Assembly: GCA_010356995.1 (NCBI GenBank)
Contig: ML996700.1
Location: forward strand, 620,001-684,000
Reading direction: 5' to 3'
Source of the DNA: Trichodelitschia bisporula
Lineage: Eukaryota
Length of the DNA: 64,000 nucleotides
A model generated the notes under the pieces. It did no database searches, had not been told where the DNA came from, and saw only the letters and a program-made list of their open reading frames with translations. Made by a program: the position numbers and the translations under genes. Positions 30,335-46,810 of this stretch are shown in pieces. The stretch's first letter is position 1; each line of letters opens with the position of its first letter.

Positions 30335-32415
30335 ATGAAACGTATACTTGTGATTGCTGGCTCGGACAGCTCGGGAGGAGCGTAAGAAGGTCAGCCTGGG
30401 TTGGCTGGAATCCACTGACAAATTCTGAGCGGCCTCGAGGCAGATCAGAAGGTTATCGCCGCACATGGCTGCTATGCCATGACGGCAACGACGGCCTTGA
30501 CGGCTCAAAACACCAAGGGCGTATACGGGATTCACGAAACGCCGTCGGAGTTTGTCCAACAACAAATTGATGTCTGCATTGAAGATATCGGCGTCGATGT
30601 CGTCAAGACGGGTGACCATCCTCGCTTCGGGCATTACGAGTAGTTTGCTCACGCCCTCAGGGATGCTGGCATCGGCCGCCACGGTATCCGTGGTTGCGGA
30701 TGCTGTGAGGAGACACAATGTTCCCACTCTAGTTGTTGATCCTGTGCGTATTCATCGTCCAGCAACTGCCATACAGCCCGATCTTGCTCACACTTCAAGG
30801 TTATGGTATCAACTAGCGGAGCGCAACTACTCCCAGACGATGCTGTAGACCGGCTGTGGAGGGAATTGCTCCCTGTGACAACGATCCTGACTCCCAACCT
30901 GCCGGAGGCGAAAATCCTACTGGAGCGAGCGAATCTGCCATTTGAAGAGCCTGAAACTCCTGAGGACTTGGTGGGCATGGCGAAAGCGTTGCAAACACTT
31001 GGTCCGAAATACGTCCTGCTGAAAGGTGGACACATGCCATTGACGATAGACAGGAAGGTATCCCGCAATGAAGAAGACAAGCACATAGTGTTCAACATCT
31101 TGTATGGGGAACTGAAAGCAGTCATTATGGAGAGCGAGTACTTGAACTCCCGAAACACTCACGGAACTGGATGCTCTCTTGCCTGTGAGTGGCTGGGATA
31201 TTAATACTCGCCCATAAGGAGCTGATGATATTTCAGCTGCAATTGCCTGTAACCTGGCCCTCGGTCGGCCAATGGAGGCGGCCGTCAAAGCCGGTAATCG
31301 CTATGTTGAGGTCGGTATTAAAACGAGTGTCGACCTGGGTGGCGGGGCGGGGCCCATCAATCATTTCCACTCGCTCAATATCTTGCCTTTTTCGAAGTAT
31401 GTGACATATCTCTGGCGAGCACAAGGCTGATATAACCAGAGGGCACTTCGTCGAGTTTGTTCTCAGTCGGCAGGACGTACAAACTGTTTGGAAAGGATAC
31501 ACGGAGCACGAGTTTGTCAAGCAGATGGCCGACGGGACTTTGCCGCTCGAGAAGTTCAAGGAGTACCTCATTCAGGATTACCTCTTTCTCGTAAGTGTCC
31601 TGGAGTCGGCCAAGGGCTTAATAGCGAAAAGGTTGACGGCCTCGCACAGATACAATTCTCACGAGCCAATGCACTAGCGGCGTACAAATCGCAGTCTCTT
31701 GCTGATATCAACCGAGTATGGTCACAAGGCCCGCCCTGCTGGTTATCACTAACCCACACAGTCAGCGGACATCGTACGGCACGTATGCGAAGAGACAAAT
31801 CTGCACCTTACCTACTGCCAGGAATTTGGGTTGTCCAAGGAGGATATCCTCACTCGGAAAGAGAAGCAAGGTACTCCTCCCCGAGGGTCCAGGCACTGAT
31901 AACCAGCAGGCTAACCATGGACAGCCTGCACAGCGTATACAAGGTTAGTATCACGCCGACGACATGAAATTGCAACCACTGCTCATCGCCCGACAGATAC
32001 GTTCTAGACATCGGCGTGAGCCAAGATTGGATGGCTTTGCAGGCTGCTCTTCTGCCATGTCTGCTCGGCTACGGCGTCATAGCAAGGCGCTTGTATGATG
32101 ATCCGCAGACGCTCCGAGTGGGGAACAGGTACTGGAGATGGATACAAAACTATGTGGCTCCCGACTATGTTGAAGCCGTGCGCCTTGGCTGCGGTGAGAC
32201 TGGATCCTAAGTTGCGCCCGTATTGAGATCTGATGCTCGCAGAACTCGTCGAGAGTCATGTGGCTAAACAGTCGCCATCGCGCATCGAAGAATTAGTCGA
32301 AATCTTCATTCACGCGGCCCGGGTGAGTTGGTGCTTGGGATACGATGTTTAGAGCGACAATTAACACCTGCAGATGGAGACTGGTTTCTGGGATATGGGA
32401 ATCAGCAGCGCATAA
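30335..32415 (+). CDS. THI20: bifunctional hydroxymethylpyrimidine/phosphomethylpyrimidine kinase plus TenA domain; about 11 introns
   Basis: ILVIAGSDSSGGA|GLEAD, TALTAQNT, VKTG|MLA, VVDP|VMVSTSG, LTPNLPEA, VLLKGGH, THGTGCSLA; TenA-like YLIQDYLFL, PCLLGY, YWRWIQNY, ETGFWDM. Confidence 0.92.
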
Positions 32416-33117
32416 ATAGCCGGTCAAGGCTGCGGTTCTGGTTTGCTGCTATTGGGGCAGAATCTGATACCGCAACGGCAAGACATCAGATCTGTTTTTG
32501 GGAAAACAAAGAGCGCTGAAAGACTGACTACAAGGAATAGCGGAAATACCTATGCTTAGCATGAAGCAGGAAGAGAAATACCTAACATCAGACACCATCA
32601 AAAGCAGTGACTGTGTATTCTACCGTACTAGTAAGACGAACACATGTCCAAATCCGGTCTTTGATGTCATTGGCAAGTGCATGGTCCATTTGTCTCCATC
32701 AACGAAAGTGTTGCCACCATTTGGGTATGACCCCGCACAGGGTAAGAAAAAATATCCACACGTTCATAGGGCTCGGAAAAGGATATCAACTCAGTAAACT
32801 CATAGCAAACGTGGAGAGATTGAACAAACTCACTAGGCTCAGTAGCAATATTTAGATGTACCCGCATACCGAGTTTAGAAATTTATCGGTCATTGGTTGT
32901 GATTGTACATCCGTATTATCGTCGCGAACTCTGTCGGTCTACGAGTACGGATAGTACAGCGGGGAAGCGGCTTGTGTGAGCAATTTTTTTTGTCAGCCGC
33001 GTAGACGCCACGCCAAGCACACCTAAAACGTTAAAAACGGCAAGAGCAGCGGGAGACCCTGCCGGCGAAGGTTATTCCGCCCCGATCAAGGGTCTGGTAC
33101 AAACGCGCTTTGCCCCC

Positions 33118-33166
33118 GAAAGTTTTTTTCCTGCCCTACATCTTCCTCACCACCTCATCATCTCGC
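33118..33166. promoter_or_regulatory. RRPE-like (GAAAGTTTTTTTC) and PAC-like (CTCATC) elements upstream of DBP2
   Basis: Motifs at 33118-33130 and 33154-33159, 150-200 bp before the ATG of a ribosome-biogenesis helicase gene. Confidence 0.45.
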
Positions 33167-33314
33167 GCAGTTTTCCATCTGCCACTTCATTCTCTCTGCT
33201 CACTTACAACAAGTCGCCATCAACGTTTACGAATTCACATTCCTTGAACGTCGACTTCGCACCCCTCCAGCTCAGATTTCATCACACACTGCTCGCTCGC
33301 TCCAACTCGATAAG

Positions 33315-35857
<2,543 letters not shown>

Positions 35858-38800
35858 TCAAACATGGTTGGTTTTGCCGCCGTGATCCCTTGACACGTTT
35901 TACCACATTGGTTCGTTATTCGCGTTTCTCTGGAACGAGTCAGGATGCATTGTGTTGGCCTTCCAGTTCGACATTCTCGATGGACTGACGAGTACGGTGT
36001 CGTCAGCCAACATGACACCCCTCAACGTCTCTGAGTGTTTGCGAACAGGTAGGCCGAAAAGTGTTGTTTTTCAGCATGGGTGCATATTTGTGTGGGGCTT
36101 AGGGAGTTTCGGATCGTTCACTCTTACTTCTAGAAGCTCTTGTGTATGGACTTGTGGCAGTGGTTCACCGGCGCTCTAAGGAAATAGACTAATGGGATTA
36201 TCTGCCTTTGCATCTTTGCTGTGACATGCGACGCTTGATTTAGCTACGTGACCTTCCTGCTGGGCCGCACCTTCCACTGCCAACAAACCGCCTTCGGCAC
36301 AAGCCGCGCGCCACCCACCGAAGACTCAAGCGCAGCCGCATCGCGCGCGCCCAATCACCTTCCCGCGCCGCACGCGGATACACCTCGCAAGGCTGAAGCT
36401 GCAGACGGGCACGACGGCAGCAGGAAGGCTAACCGTGCCCGAGGAGCGAGGCCAGGTTAGTAACGGACGCGGACCGGACGACGGCCTTAGGTTCACGTAC
36501 GGCCTGGGGAACGGCCGGTCGTGCTTGGTTGTAGCTATGGTGCGCGCTTTCAGAGGTCTCGCCCTGTGCGGCTGGGGGTGGAGCTCGGTTTAGCTCGGGT
36601 GGTTCAGGGCGAGGATGGGAGGCGGGCATATACCGGGGGCGGAATGGGGAGACTTCGGTTTCGATTAAGGGCGGGATGCGCCTAGGCGAGCGGGCTGGAG
36701 AACGGTAACCGGCCTTGTTCACGCGCGGGATCGGCTAGGGGCCGAGGCTAGGCGTGGAGGGGTGTGGCATAGGGGGTTGGGGATCTATGATGTCGATGAT
36801 GAGAAAGGGGAAGGGGTACTTGGGTTCTGGGCTTGGTACTGCGTATTGCGGGAAGGCAGGAGGAGTGTACGGAGTAGGGGGAGTGCGGAATGGGCTGGTC
36901 GCGAGGGTTGGGCGGCGGTGAGATGATTGCTCGCATGATGGGTGCACAGTGTGGGTCTGCTCTCCGTTGCCCGGGGAGGGATCCGCGATGCTCGACGCTG
37001 GGCTGCTGGGCTGTGGAGCCGGGGACTTGGCGGGCGAGGCTGCGAGTCGTCTGACTGTGGCTCTTTTTTTATGCTGGGGTTTGGAGGAGTGGGTCTGTGG
37101 GGAGGCGATGTTACGGTTGCGTGGGAGGTTAGTGATGGGGAAGGGAGGTTGAGCGGGAGGGCGATATTGCTTGCCGTGCCCCACTCATGCTTCGTGCTTC
37201 GTGCTTGCTTGCGGGGCGGGTCCCGCGCGTGCTTGGGCGGGCGGGTTTCCGCGCTGCGATGTTCGGGCCGGCTCGGGTTGGGATGGGATGCAGGCCGAAG
37301 GGCCTGCGGTGCACATGATGTGGTACAGCGCCCTACGGCGGTGTACAGTACATTGCCGTACAGCGTGCAGGGCCTTGCGAGGGGGAGTCAGAGACAGAAG
37401 CATCGCCGCTGCGCGGTTGGACGAGATGCGGCATCTGCTTTTCTGCAGAACATTCGGGCCCCAAGGCGGGCCGGGCGTGCTGGCTTGGGAATTCGGCCTA
37501 TCATGGGGAGATGCGGGGTCTGGCGTTGAGGCTGGGCCGTTGGGGGGTGCAGGGTGGGATCGCGGCGGGTGGACGACAGATCGATTTTTGGACGCGCTTT
37601 TTTTGGGAGTGATGCAGGGCGCTGGTGAGCTTGTCTCATCGCTGATTCTGCAGCTTGGAGTGGGACGTGGGGAAAGCTGTCAGATGTCAGGATAGCGACG
37701 TTGCATGTTGCGTCACAGTCTTTTGCTTCCTCCCCCCACATCTTCGGGCATCAAGTTCGTACATTTCTGCGGCGGGCAAAAAAGGAAGTGTGCCCGGCGT
37801 CTTTTTTGCTAAACGAAGGAACGTCATGGAAACCCGGGAGGCTGGGAAATCTGCATCTGGCTATCCCACGCGCGACTCATGCGACGGCCGTCAAGGAGAG
37901 GTGACGCGTGGCGGGCGTTTGGTGCAGTTCTGCAGGCTTTGGGCCTGGTCCTTGAAGACCCTCTAACGGGAGCCACTCGGGTGATGAGAATGATCAGCGA
38001 AGGGGGAGCTTAGGTTGCCCGGGGACGGTTTGGGGGGGGGTGTCATGCCCGCCAGAGTGGTTGTAACAAGTTAACTTTCCTGATATGTATGCGGTTACTT
38101 TTTTTTTCTGCACGTTTGCGCTTCTGCTGCCCTGAAGCAGTTGCATATACACAGTCGAAGGGCTGGGCGGCATTGCTGCTTCGAGGTGGAGGTACGTGAT
38201 TCGGCAACGAAGTGTAGCACATGCTATTTGCGTCCGGAGAGCTGGGGTTCGGCATCCTGTCATTGGCCGTCGGCTGCCCGGTGGAGGACACAGCCGGTAC
38301 ATGTACGGTGCGCATTTGCTGCGGATCTGCGGGTCTCTTCTAGGAGGGCCACGGGAAGACGTCGACATGGCCTCAGGGATGCGGGAGATGCAGCTTCGAG
38401 ACCTTGAGAAGAGAAATTAGGGGTCGAGCACGAGTGCGTAATTCCGAGAGTGTTCGACGCGGCAAACGCATCCTCCCCTGATGATGAAGCTCTCGCTGTC
38501 CGGGGCAAGCATCACTAGCAAAATTGTTAGCAAGGCGGAAAGTCATGACGCTACTGTACTCACCGTCCTTTGCTTAGCTATGACTAAATCTTAAGGATCA
38601 AGAGACTTCATTTAGTCTCCGCGAAGTTTAACTCAAGCGTCCGCGTAGCCGCGAAACGCAAGCAAGGTACGCGACACTGTGACGACCACGGTGGTGCGAG
38701 TGTGAGTGGCCAAGCGCATTCTCTCCGCACCGCGTAACCACCAGCAAAACTTTAACTCAAGGTCCTTACGCGTTGCCGTGAAGCGCATGAAGGTATGGAT

Positions 38801-41800
38801 ACATTGTCACCACCGCAGCACTCGTGGTTCGTCCCAATCTCTCCGCACCGCGGAACCGCCAGCGCGGCAACGCCCGATCTTCGGAGATGGTTCGCGTCCG
38901 GGCCGAAAGCGTCAGTGCCACCTGCCACGCGCACGGTGCCCAGACCGCAGGGTTAGGGGTATCTGGGAAGACCGAGCGTTTATGATACGGGGGACCTGGC
39001 GTAGTGGCAGGCCCGCGTCAAGGATTCGATTCCCTGACGGCCACCAGGCGGCAAGGCTGCAGCAACGCAATTAATCTACCTATCTGATGGTGGCCGACGG
39101 GCGGCGTGTGGCTGGGAGTGTGGAGAAAGGCGCATAAATAATAATGCAACCACCCCACGCGAGTATGGCATCCGAATTGTGCGAGGAGCAGCAACCTGTG
39201 AACGGCGTTAAGAACGGCGTGCCGCTCTAGCCGTACATATCCCTCTTTTGCCAAGGAATGGCGTGCATACATGCCGCAATGCCGCGGTTCCTCCTTGATA
39301 CTCGTTCTTTGGTGGGCGGTAGATGCCCAATACCGCGTCACCAGCAAGTTATTTGCGCTTGGCGCGCGGCCGATTTACAGCGAGACGGAGATTCGAAGAT
39401 GCGCGTCGTGCGTCAGCGACAGCAGTACAGGAGAAATAACGTGAACAGATCCCTCGAGAGGGGCCGGTGACAGCATGAAATGGCGATAAGTGGAGAGTCG
39501 GAGGATCACAGCGAAGATGGACATCCCGCAGGATGGACACATCGCGATCCTAAGCTGAAGAGGCACAGAACAAAGGAGGAATCTCCCACGTTGTTTGGCG
39601 GCCGTGTACCGTAGTGGCCGCTGAGGTGCGGAGGTACGTCCGGGACACGCTGGCACGGCATCTTCCAGTGGCCGTGCTGTCTGAGCCTCTCCCGCTGGGC
39701 AACCTACCCCGCGTCGTCCAAGTGCCAAAACTGTGCACCATTAGCCTAAGATTCCCATGGACGATCGACGCCGATGCTGCAACCAGCTCGATGAGATGCG
39801 TCATCAACAGTTTCGCCCGTTCCCTGCTAGCTGCTCTACAAAGTTCTGTTCCTGTATATGAAAATGTGGTCTCAAAGCTGCGTTCTATGCCCGACCTCAG
39901 CGGTAAAAGCGGTTGCATCTCCGCTTCACAATGGCCCGGTAGATGGAAATATTCCTTCCAATGATTCCGCAATTGCTATCCCTGCCAAGACTGAATCCAG
40001 AAATAAGCACATGTGCATTCGGTTCGGCGAGACTTTGCATCAATTTACCCCGAACGACTCCACAAAGGATCAGGGGAACGGACGAGCTACCGTACAATCC
40101 AAATAGTTCCAAATTCCAGGAGGGATGACGCGTGGGTGTAATGGTGTATGAAGACACTTCGGTATGGAGCGTCTGGATAACCGAGGAGCTCCTCCTGCAA
40201 AGCAGCTGAACGGGCGGACGTTTCGCCGACCATCCACGAGGCGAGGAGATCATTCAGCCCTTCCCTGTTGAGGTAATTGTGGCTTGTCGCTTGTCCTTGC
40301 TGGCACCCCACCGCACGCGCACATCTTGGCAGAGCGGGTCAGAATTGGCTAGGCGCTCTAACCTGATATGGGGAAAGCCGAGCAACTGCGAGCCAGGCAA
40401 AAGCGAGCCCGCAGGAAGGGCGGGGGAGAGGGGAGGAATGAGGGCAAACCTGTCACCGCTCAAAATCAGCGATCGGAGGTGCCGTATGACCGCCGTATGC
40501 CCGTTCGCCTGTGTGGAAGGAAAAGTCTCCGAAGGGATGAGGTGCATCATATCTGGCGACATGTCCAAGGATTGCTCTGGTGTGCGCAATACGGTACACA
40601 TCGCAGATCGATGGCGCTTCCGCGTCTAAACTTAGCCTGTACGGTACTGTATCCTGCCTTCTTTAGGTACATGCCAGCTACCCTTCCTCCATTCCCGAGC
40701 AACGGCTGCTAAGGCAAACGGCCCTTGCACGACAGCAAATCCGGAGCGCGGAGGCTCAAAGTTGGCGCTATAACCGCCTCGGTCTCATGGGCATCTGATA
40801 TGTATGTGGGGAATTAACAAGGTCTGACTTCGGAGCAGTGGAACCAGCTGCCCGGATCTTGATTCCCCGTGGTAGCTCCTTACTGAAAGCCAAGCTCTTG
40901 AATTTGCCAAGGGAAATGTTGTGGCTTTCGCAGTCGTCAGCAGCCAGGGGTCCCTGCTTCGTCGCTTCTTCTGGGGAGCTTCGACGCCACCACTTTCTGG
41001 CATGCGCAAATCATCTTGGCTTTGCCAGTACCAGTGTTCCGCGGGATGCCTCGTTCGGCGAAACGTGGTGGGGAGCGGGGGAGGGGGTGGGGATATGAAG
41101 GGAGGCGGGGCAGCGGAAGCTCCACCAGATAGGATGGCATCAGCAACGTGACCTCATCTCCTCCCACCTGCATCATCCAGCCTTTCGATCGCCCATGTCG
41201 TGATTTGCCGGCCCGTGAGGTGGGACACATCGATTCCAGCCTCGGGCGCGTTATCGGAGTGGGCCGCTTTCTGCAGTATCGTTGTCATACCGTGCATGTA
41301 GTCGTATCTCCGTTGCCGAAAGAGGCCGAAATTTTTTGGGCACCACGGGGTACGGTACAGCGAAGACCCAACGTGCAGTAAAAGAAAATGCAAAGGCGGT
41401 TGACATTGATCTCACGGGACCTGTTAGGATGCACACAATGCATTGATGGCCGACTGGCATCGATGCACTGCACGGGTAGTATGAAGCATCCGCGTGGGAT
41501 ATCGCGAGCCAGTACGGGAAGCCGATGCGCTGTTGCTTGCCCTCGCAGGGCCTCGCATCGATCTCCAATCAGCGCGGTTAGCCCGAGTCAAGTATGGTGG
41601 GTACCCCGGCGCACGCTGAAGCGGAACGCGATCCAAGCGACTCCTCCTCCTGATGACATTTTCTGCAGCCCGCTTTGCCGCCGAAACGGCGGAGAGGCCT
41701 CCATGTAGGATAATGATCCTTCGCCAGGGCTGTTGATGGGAGGGGAAGCAAGGCTACTGGATACTTCAGGCCTCGACGGCAAGGAGAAGTTTGCCGTTCA

Positions 41801-44800
41801 GGTGCCCTCATGACACTATGACAGGCATGCCGTATTGGACATGCCGCATCCCACCTCTCTAGGATATTTCGAGGTAGCATAGGATGCGTATGGAGTAAAA
41901 TTGCTTCGCCTTTTGCCAGCAGGGTCTATGTGTTGCCGTCGGCGGCGCATGACAGCATGACATGTCTTCTCAGGCGTCGGTTGCGGGGGTGTGATAGCCA
42001 ACGGTCAAAGTGCGCAGAGCGTCGGCTCAGTCAGTGTCCCAGTGCTCCCATGCGATGGAGGGATCAATGCGTGGCGAAATGCGTTCTTCTCAGACCCCTA
42101 CAATGCTGGGTAGTGGAAGACTGTCGGGAGGCGCGGCTTTGACATGAGATGCTGGACTAGAATGGACGGGACCGTCGTGAGGCATCGTGTTGAAGGCGTC
42201 AAGAGCAGACTGCCGGCGTGCAGCTAAGACTCGGTCTAGGGAGGCTCAGAACGTCGAGGGGCTCAAGGAAGGGAGTCGCGAGTCGAAGTCGAGTCTATCG
42301 CGTGTTTGGAGATAGGCCTGTGGGGAAATGTGAAGCTCTTCGGCCTCGATAGTTGTGCCTGTGTGTTCCGCCTCGAACGTCAGGCAAAGGATAGGGTACG
42401 GAGTACTCGTACTTGTCGTGGCTGTGCGAGACAGGCACCTGTTCTTTGCAAAGAGCCCTTCCGAAACGTTTTCTGTTGGCTGCGTCGCTGCTGCCTCTCT
42501 TGGTCGATATGCAGCCATCCCATACTACCTTTGAAACGTCGCCTCCGAGAAGCAAACGAACGAATCTGTCGAGAAAATACCGGACGAAAAGGAAGCCTCT
42601 CAACACACACCACGATCCCCCATTCTCCATACAGGTACTCAACTCCTACTCCCATTCGTGCTGCTTCCTTCCCCCCCAATCCCCACCCAGCCGACCCACT
42701 GCTGAACTCCCAAAGATCCCCGTGGGTCTCTTTCACCGCCCTTTGCAGCATCCTTCGCCTCTTGTCTCGCCCTTCGGTGTGCCGTGCCGAATTTGCCGCC
42801 TCTGCCGCCTCCGTCGCAGTCGATTGTCGAAGCTATCGTGGCAAGGGCCCTTCAAGAGCATTCATGACGTTGGGAAAGTGTGCGGGAACGTTGGGTCTTA
42901 GCGGCTAGCTTCTCGTTGGCTTCCGCCCGGTCCATCTTTAGTGGCATCGATTGCGCAGCTAAACCCTCAGTCTCAAGTAAACCCCTCCCTTCTCTTGTCC
43001 TCCACTCGCCCATTCCCTCATCCCCTTCCCTGGCACCCCCAGCACTTCCCTATCCTTCTCTCAGGCTTTGTTTTGTTTGAGGATGTGCATGTAGAAGAGA
43101 GAAAGAGAAAAAGTCAAGGCCTGGAACTTAAGAGGGCACATCAACGGTCTTGCTCCTTCAAAACAAGCGCCCCTCGTGCTAGTCTACCCGTAGACTAAAC
43201 TCTTGCGGGCCTGGCTCCAAGCGTGAAGCTGCCTATCATCGCACTTCAATCACTGCAGACTGGCTCTCGGGAGCTAACTGACAGTGCCATTTGGCTGGCG
43301 CTGAGCTTGATCTGACCTCCCGCACTAATAGCACCCCCATCGTCATCTTTTACCTTGACAACCCCGCACCTTTTGCACATCAGCGCAGGTCGCTCTGCCA
43401 CGTTGCTGTTCTCGTGTTGCACCGTATACGAGTATTCTACACACCACGGAGGAACGAGATAGAGGGAGAAAAAAAAACCGAGGCTTAACCTTCAACGGCT
43501 GCAGTAAGAAGGCAAGTTCTCGCCCAGTCGCTTCGAAGCATTATTTCTGTCATCCACTATCCAATGCATCTCGTGTGGTGATCCCACCGCAGGCTGCACG
43601 AGTTCTCATCTCACCCCTCCCCTCCCCCCCTCCTCAATCTCCCGCGCATTCCCCTCTGGTCAGAATCATTTTAATTGTCGCCCTTGCTTACGTCTGCACC
43701 AAAGCATCGAGAAGTTTAGAAGGGACTCTCATTGCTGCTGCGGGTAGCCCGTCCCACCCAGTTTTCATTTCGCACGGTCCTTGAGTTCGTCGAACCATCG
43801 ACGGGTTTGCATGAGGTGCTAGCCGCTAGCTTCGCGTCCGTCTCCTCCGCTTGCCTGCCGAGATCTGCGACGAAAAGGCCCGTCATCATTGCCGACGGAA
43901 GCAAGCACGTATCAGGTAACCTGATAATCCACCCCTAACCGACCGCTCGGCTCCTCGTGGAACAGCAGGTGGAAGCGTGTGTGTGGTGGAGAAGGCGCAA
44001 GGAGCAAGCCATTGATCGCCAGTCGATACTCCACCAGAGGCACTAGCCAGCAAACCCCCGCCGAAGCCGTTGTGGGCGCCGCTTCCGTTTTCCCGCTCTT
44101 CACTTCGGTTCGGCAACGCGGCGTACCCGCTGGGGGGGGAAGAGAGCTAGGACCACTGCCTTTTTCTCATCATCTGGACAAGGATTGCCGCGAGATTGTC
44201 CGATTCAAGGCGCAAATCCACGTCAGTCGACAACGCCCCTTGAAGCAGAAAGTGGAAACGAGGCCATTTGGGGGAATCCGTGGGGACACCCCTTCCTTTT
44301 CCTCGCTTGTTGCTCAGGGTCTTTCCGGGGTTCCGGTGTTGCTTGGGGGGAAAGAGCATCTTTGCGACTGATAAAAAAAAGCTTCAAGAGTGTGAAAAAA
44401 GAGAAAAGGTCAGCCCAAATCCATCGACAAGGCAGACAGACTGGCAGCTGGCACGCGCACCTTTGTCATCCCTCCATAACCATCTAACCCCCCTCCCTCC
44501 ATCCCTCACATCCCCCGCCAGCATTTGTCCACAACAAAAGAACAATTCGCACGTCTCTCTCTCTTGCAGTGCTGCAAATTACACCTCTTGCATGAGAGGG
44601 CAAGGGGGGCGGTGGAGTATTCGGTCCTTCTTCGCACCCTTGACAGCTCGAATTCGCCCGAGGACGAAGGTCATTGGACAGTACGGGGCTCCGCCACTCT
44701 TTCTATCGTCTGTGCTGGACCCGCCTATCCATTTTGTTTGTTGCCTGCCAGGCCTGCCACCCACGCAGTCGCGTTCCCCCTCCACTTCGCATCGTGCCCG

Positions 44801-46402
44801 CCCGGGGTTGAGTACCGGTGTTCGTCCTTCGTCGTCGTTGGTCAGCGCTCCCGCCGCAGTGCCCGTGCACCCGCCTCCCACACCACGGTGACCACCAAAC
44901 AGTACACCACCCCCACCAAAAGTGACCCGCCCTCATCTCGTCCGCCTTCGGAGGAACTCAATCAGCGAACTGCAGGATAGCATCTATCCTCTCCCACCAT
45001 TACAAGTCGTCGTGGGCAACCGAATATCTTGTCATTACCTTTTCTTCCGCCTTCAACTTATCAATTCTCTCTTCCCACTTTTGCTTGGGACACCTGCGCA
45101 ACACTCTCATCGAAGCCTTCTCCGTCATCTCATCGCGGCGGCTTCAGACTCGGCGGCTTCACAATCGCGAAGTTGCTTCGGGTTGTGCACTAACGCCAAA
45201 GGCGCCGCGCGCCTCTCGTCGATAGTGGTGCCAATCCTGGCACTCCCGCCTCAGTCCCGTGCCACGACCACTGGGCCTTCATCCATACAACTGTCGTCGT
45301 AAGCACTTCCGCCACAGCGCGGCAGCTTTGACAGTAAAGGCGCGCCCAAGTAAAAGCTTCTGAGCGTCAAGGCGCTAGCATCGACTGTCAAGGGAGCATC
45401 AGTTTCAGTTGGCAAGAGTGTTGTCACAGTGCCAATCCAGAATCAGGCACCGTAGACTCCCCTTTTGAGGACTCCCGAAAATCCCCTTCCCGGCTCTCTT
45501 TTTACGCACATCAGCGCGAGCGTGCGTGTCTCCTGGGATCATCGTCTCTCTGGTCAATCTGTTCAGGAGGAAGGAGGCTGTCGCTAGCCGTGCCTGATCA
45601 CTCGACTTTGTACTTTTGTTGTGCTCGTTGCTTGGTTGCAAGCGTGCAACCCCCGCCTGCCTTGAGTTCCCGTCGTCGCGCAAACTTCCCCGCTAAGTAC
45701 CGCGGGGCGCCAACATATCCTAGGAGTAGTGGGGAAGGGTCTGGCAACTTTAGTTCACCTACGAGCTAGCTTGGCTCTACGGGGAGGCTGAAGAGTGCCC
45801 CAGGGAAGCCAGTGTGCCAAGAAGTTGTTCCTGAAAGACCATCTCCGACAAACGGTGGTGGATCTGGGTCTTCGGCGAGATATCGAGACGTGGGATCTTG
45901 AGGGGGTGGATTTATACACCCTTGCGGTTCGTCCCGGGAAGAGGAGCGAAAGCCAGTTGAATTTGGTTGGATTGTGGCCCACCGAAGAAGGACCGCGAAG
46001 AGTCGCTGACCGTCCGCACCCGACGCTGCCGAAAGCTTGGGTCGCCGCGCACATCCACCACAGTAACCGGCTTCTGCATCTTCCATCATTGTCGCAAGAT
46101 CAGCCCTTCATCTGCTGGGGGGGGGGTTTTGTGGATTCGTAGGCGGCTGTTCTCGGTGAAATTTCGAAGAGGGTTGTGCGGCCAAGTAAAGGGCGAAGTC
46201 GAGTCACGACAGCGCTGCTTCTGCGCTGTGAACCGAGAGTTGCGCAATTGTCAGGAAAGAGGAGGATTTGAGAGTAACGACCAGACCACAGTTTACAAGC
46301 GGACAACGCAATCGAAAGAGAGAGAAGAACGAAAACGTGGAAGTGGCCTCGGGGTTTACGGCGTCTGTCGACATCGTCAAAGTTTGCCCGAGAGAGACGT
46401 TG

Positions 46403-46432
46403 CGTGTGTGTGTGTGCTTGTGTGTGTGTGTG
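46403..46432. repeat. interrupted (GT)n microsatellite
   Basis: cgtgtgtgtgtgtgcttgtgtgtgtgtgtg. Confidence 0.9.
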
Positions 46433-46764
46433 TTTTGTTATCTTGCAGAAGGCAAATCTGCCCAGCAGGTTACGAGTACGTCGGCAGCCTCGCAAAGGAT
46501 ATTCAAAGCAATTCGAGGCGTTGGTCACCACTTACGGTATCTCCCCTTCCCAACCAAAAGTTTCTACCACGGTTTCTCTACCGAGTAACTACCTTTCTGC
46601 CACGAAGACCACCAGGGCCAACTGGATTCGCCAGCGAGTCATTCCACACAAAAAAACACACACAAAAAACGGCAAACCAAGAAAGTTCACAGGGCTTCGT
46701 CCGGCTGTTCTTGTACCGTACCCATTATCTGCGCAGCCACCATCACCTTATCCACGTACAGTAC

Positions 46765-46810
46765 CCACCACCACCACCAACACCACCACCACCGCCAGCA
46801 ACCACAACCC
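46765..46810. repeat. imperfect (CCA)n microsatellite
   Basis: ccaccaccaccaccaacaccaccaccaccgccagcaaccac. Confidence 0.85.

Noticed and set aside
38949..38958. AGGGTTAGGG as a telomerase RNA template or interstitial telomere
   Set aside because: A single 10-mer is near chance expectation in 64 kb, and I could not identify a pseudoknot or CR4/5 domain.
36200..44500. Many 60-200 aa ORFs in the tract upstream of CON7
   Set aside because: Arg/Pro/Ser/Gly-rich random-like translations, mostly non-ATG starts, no consistent splice structure.
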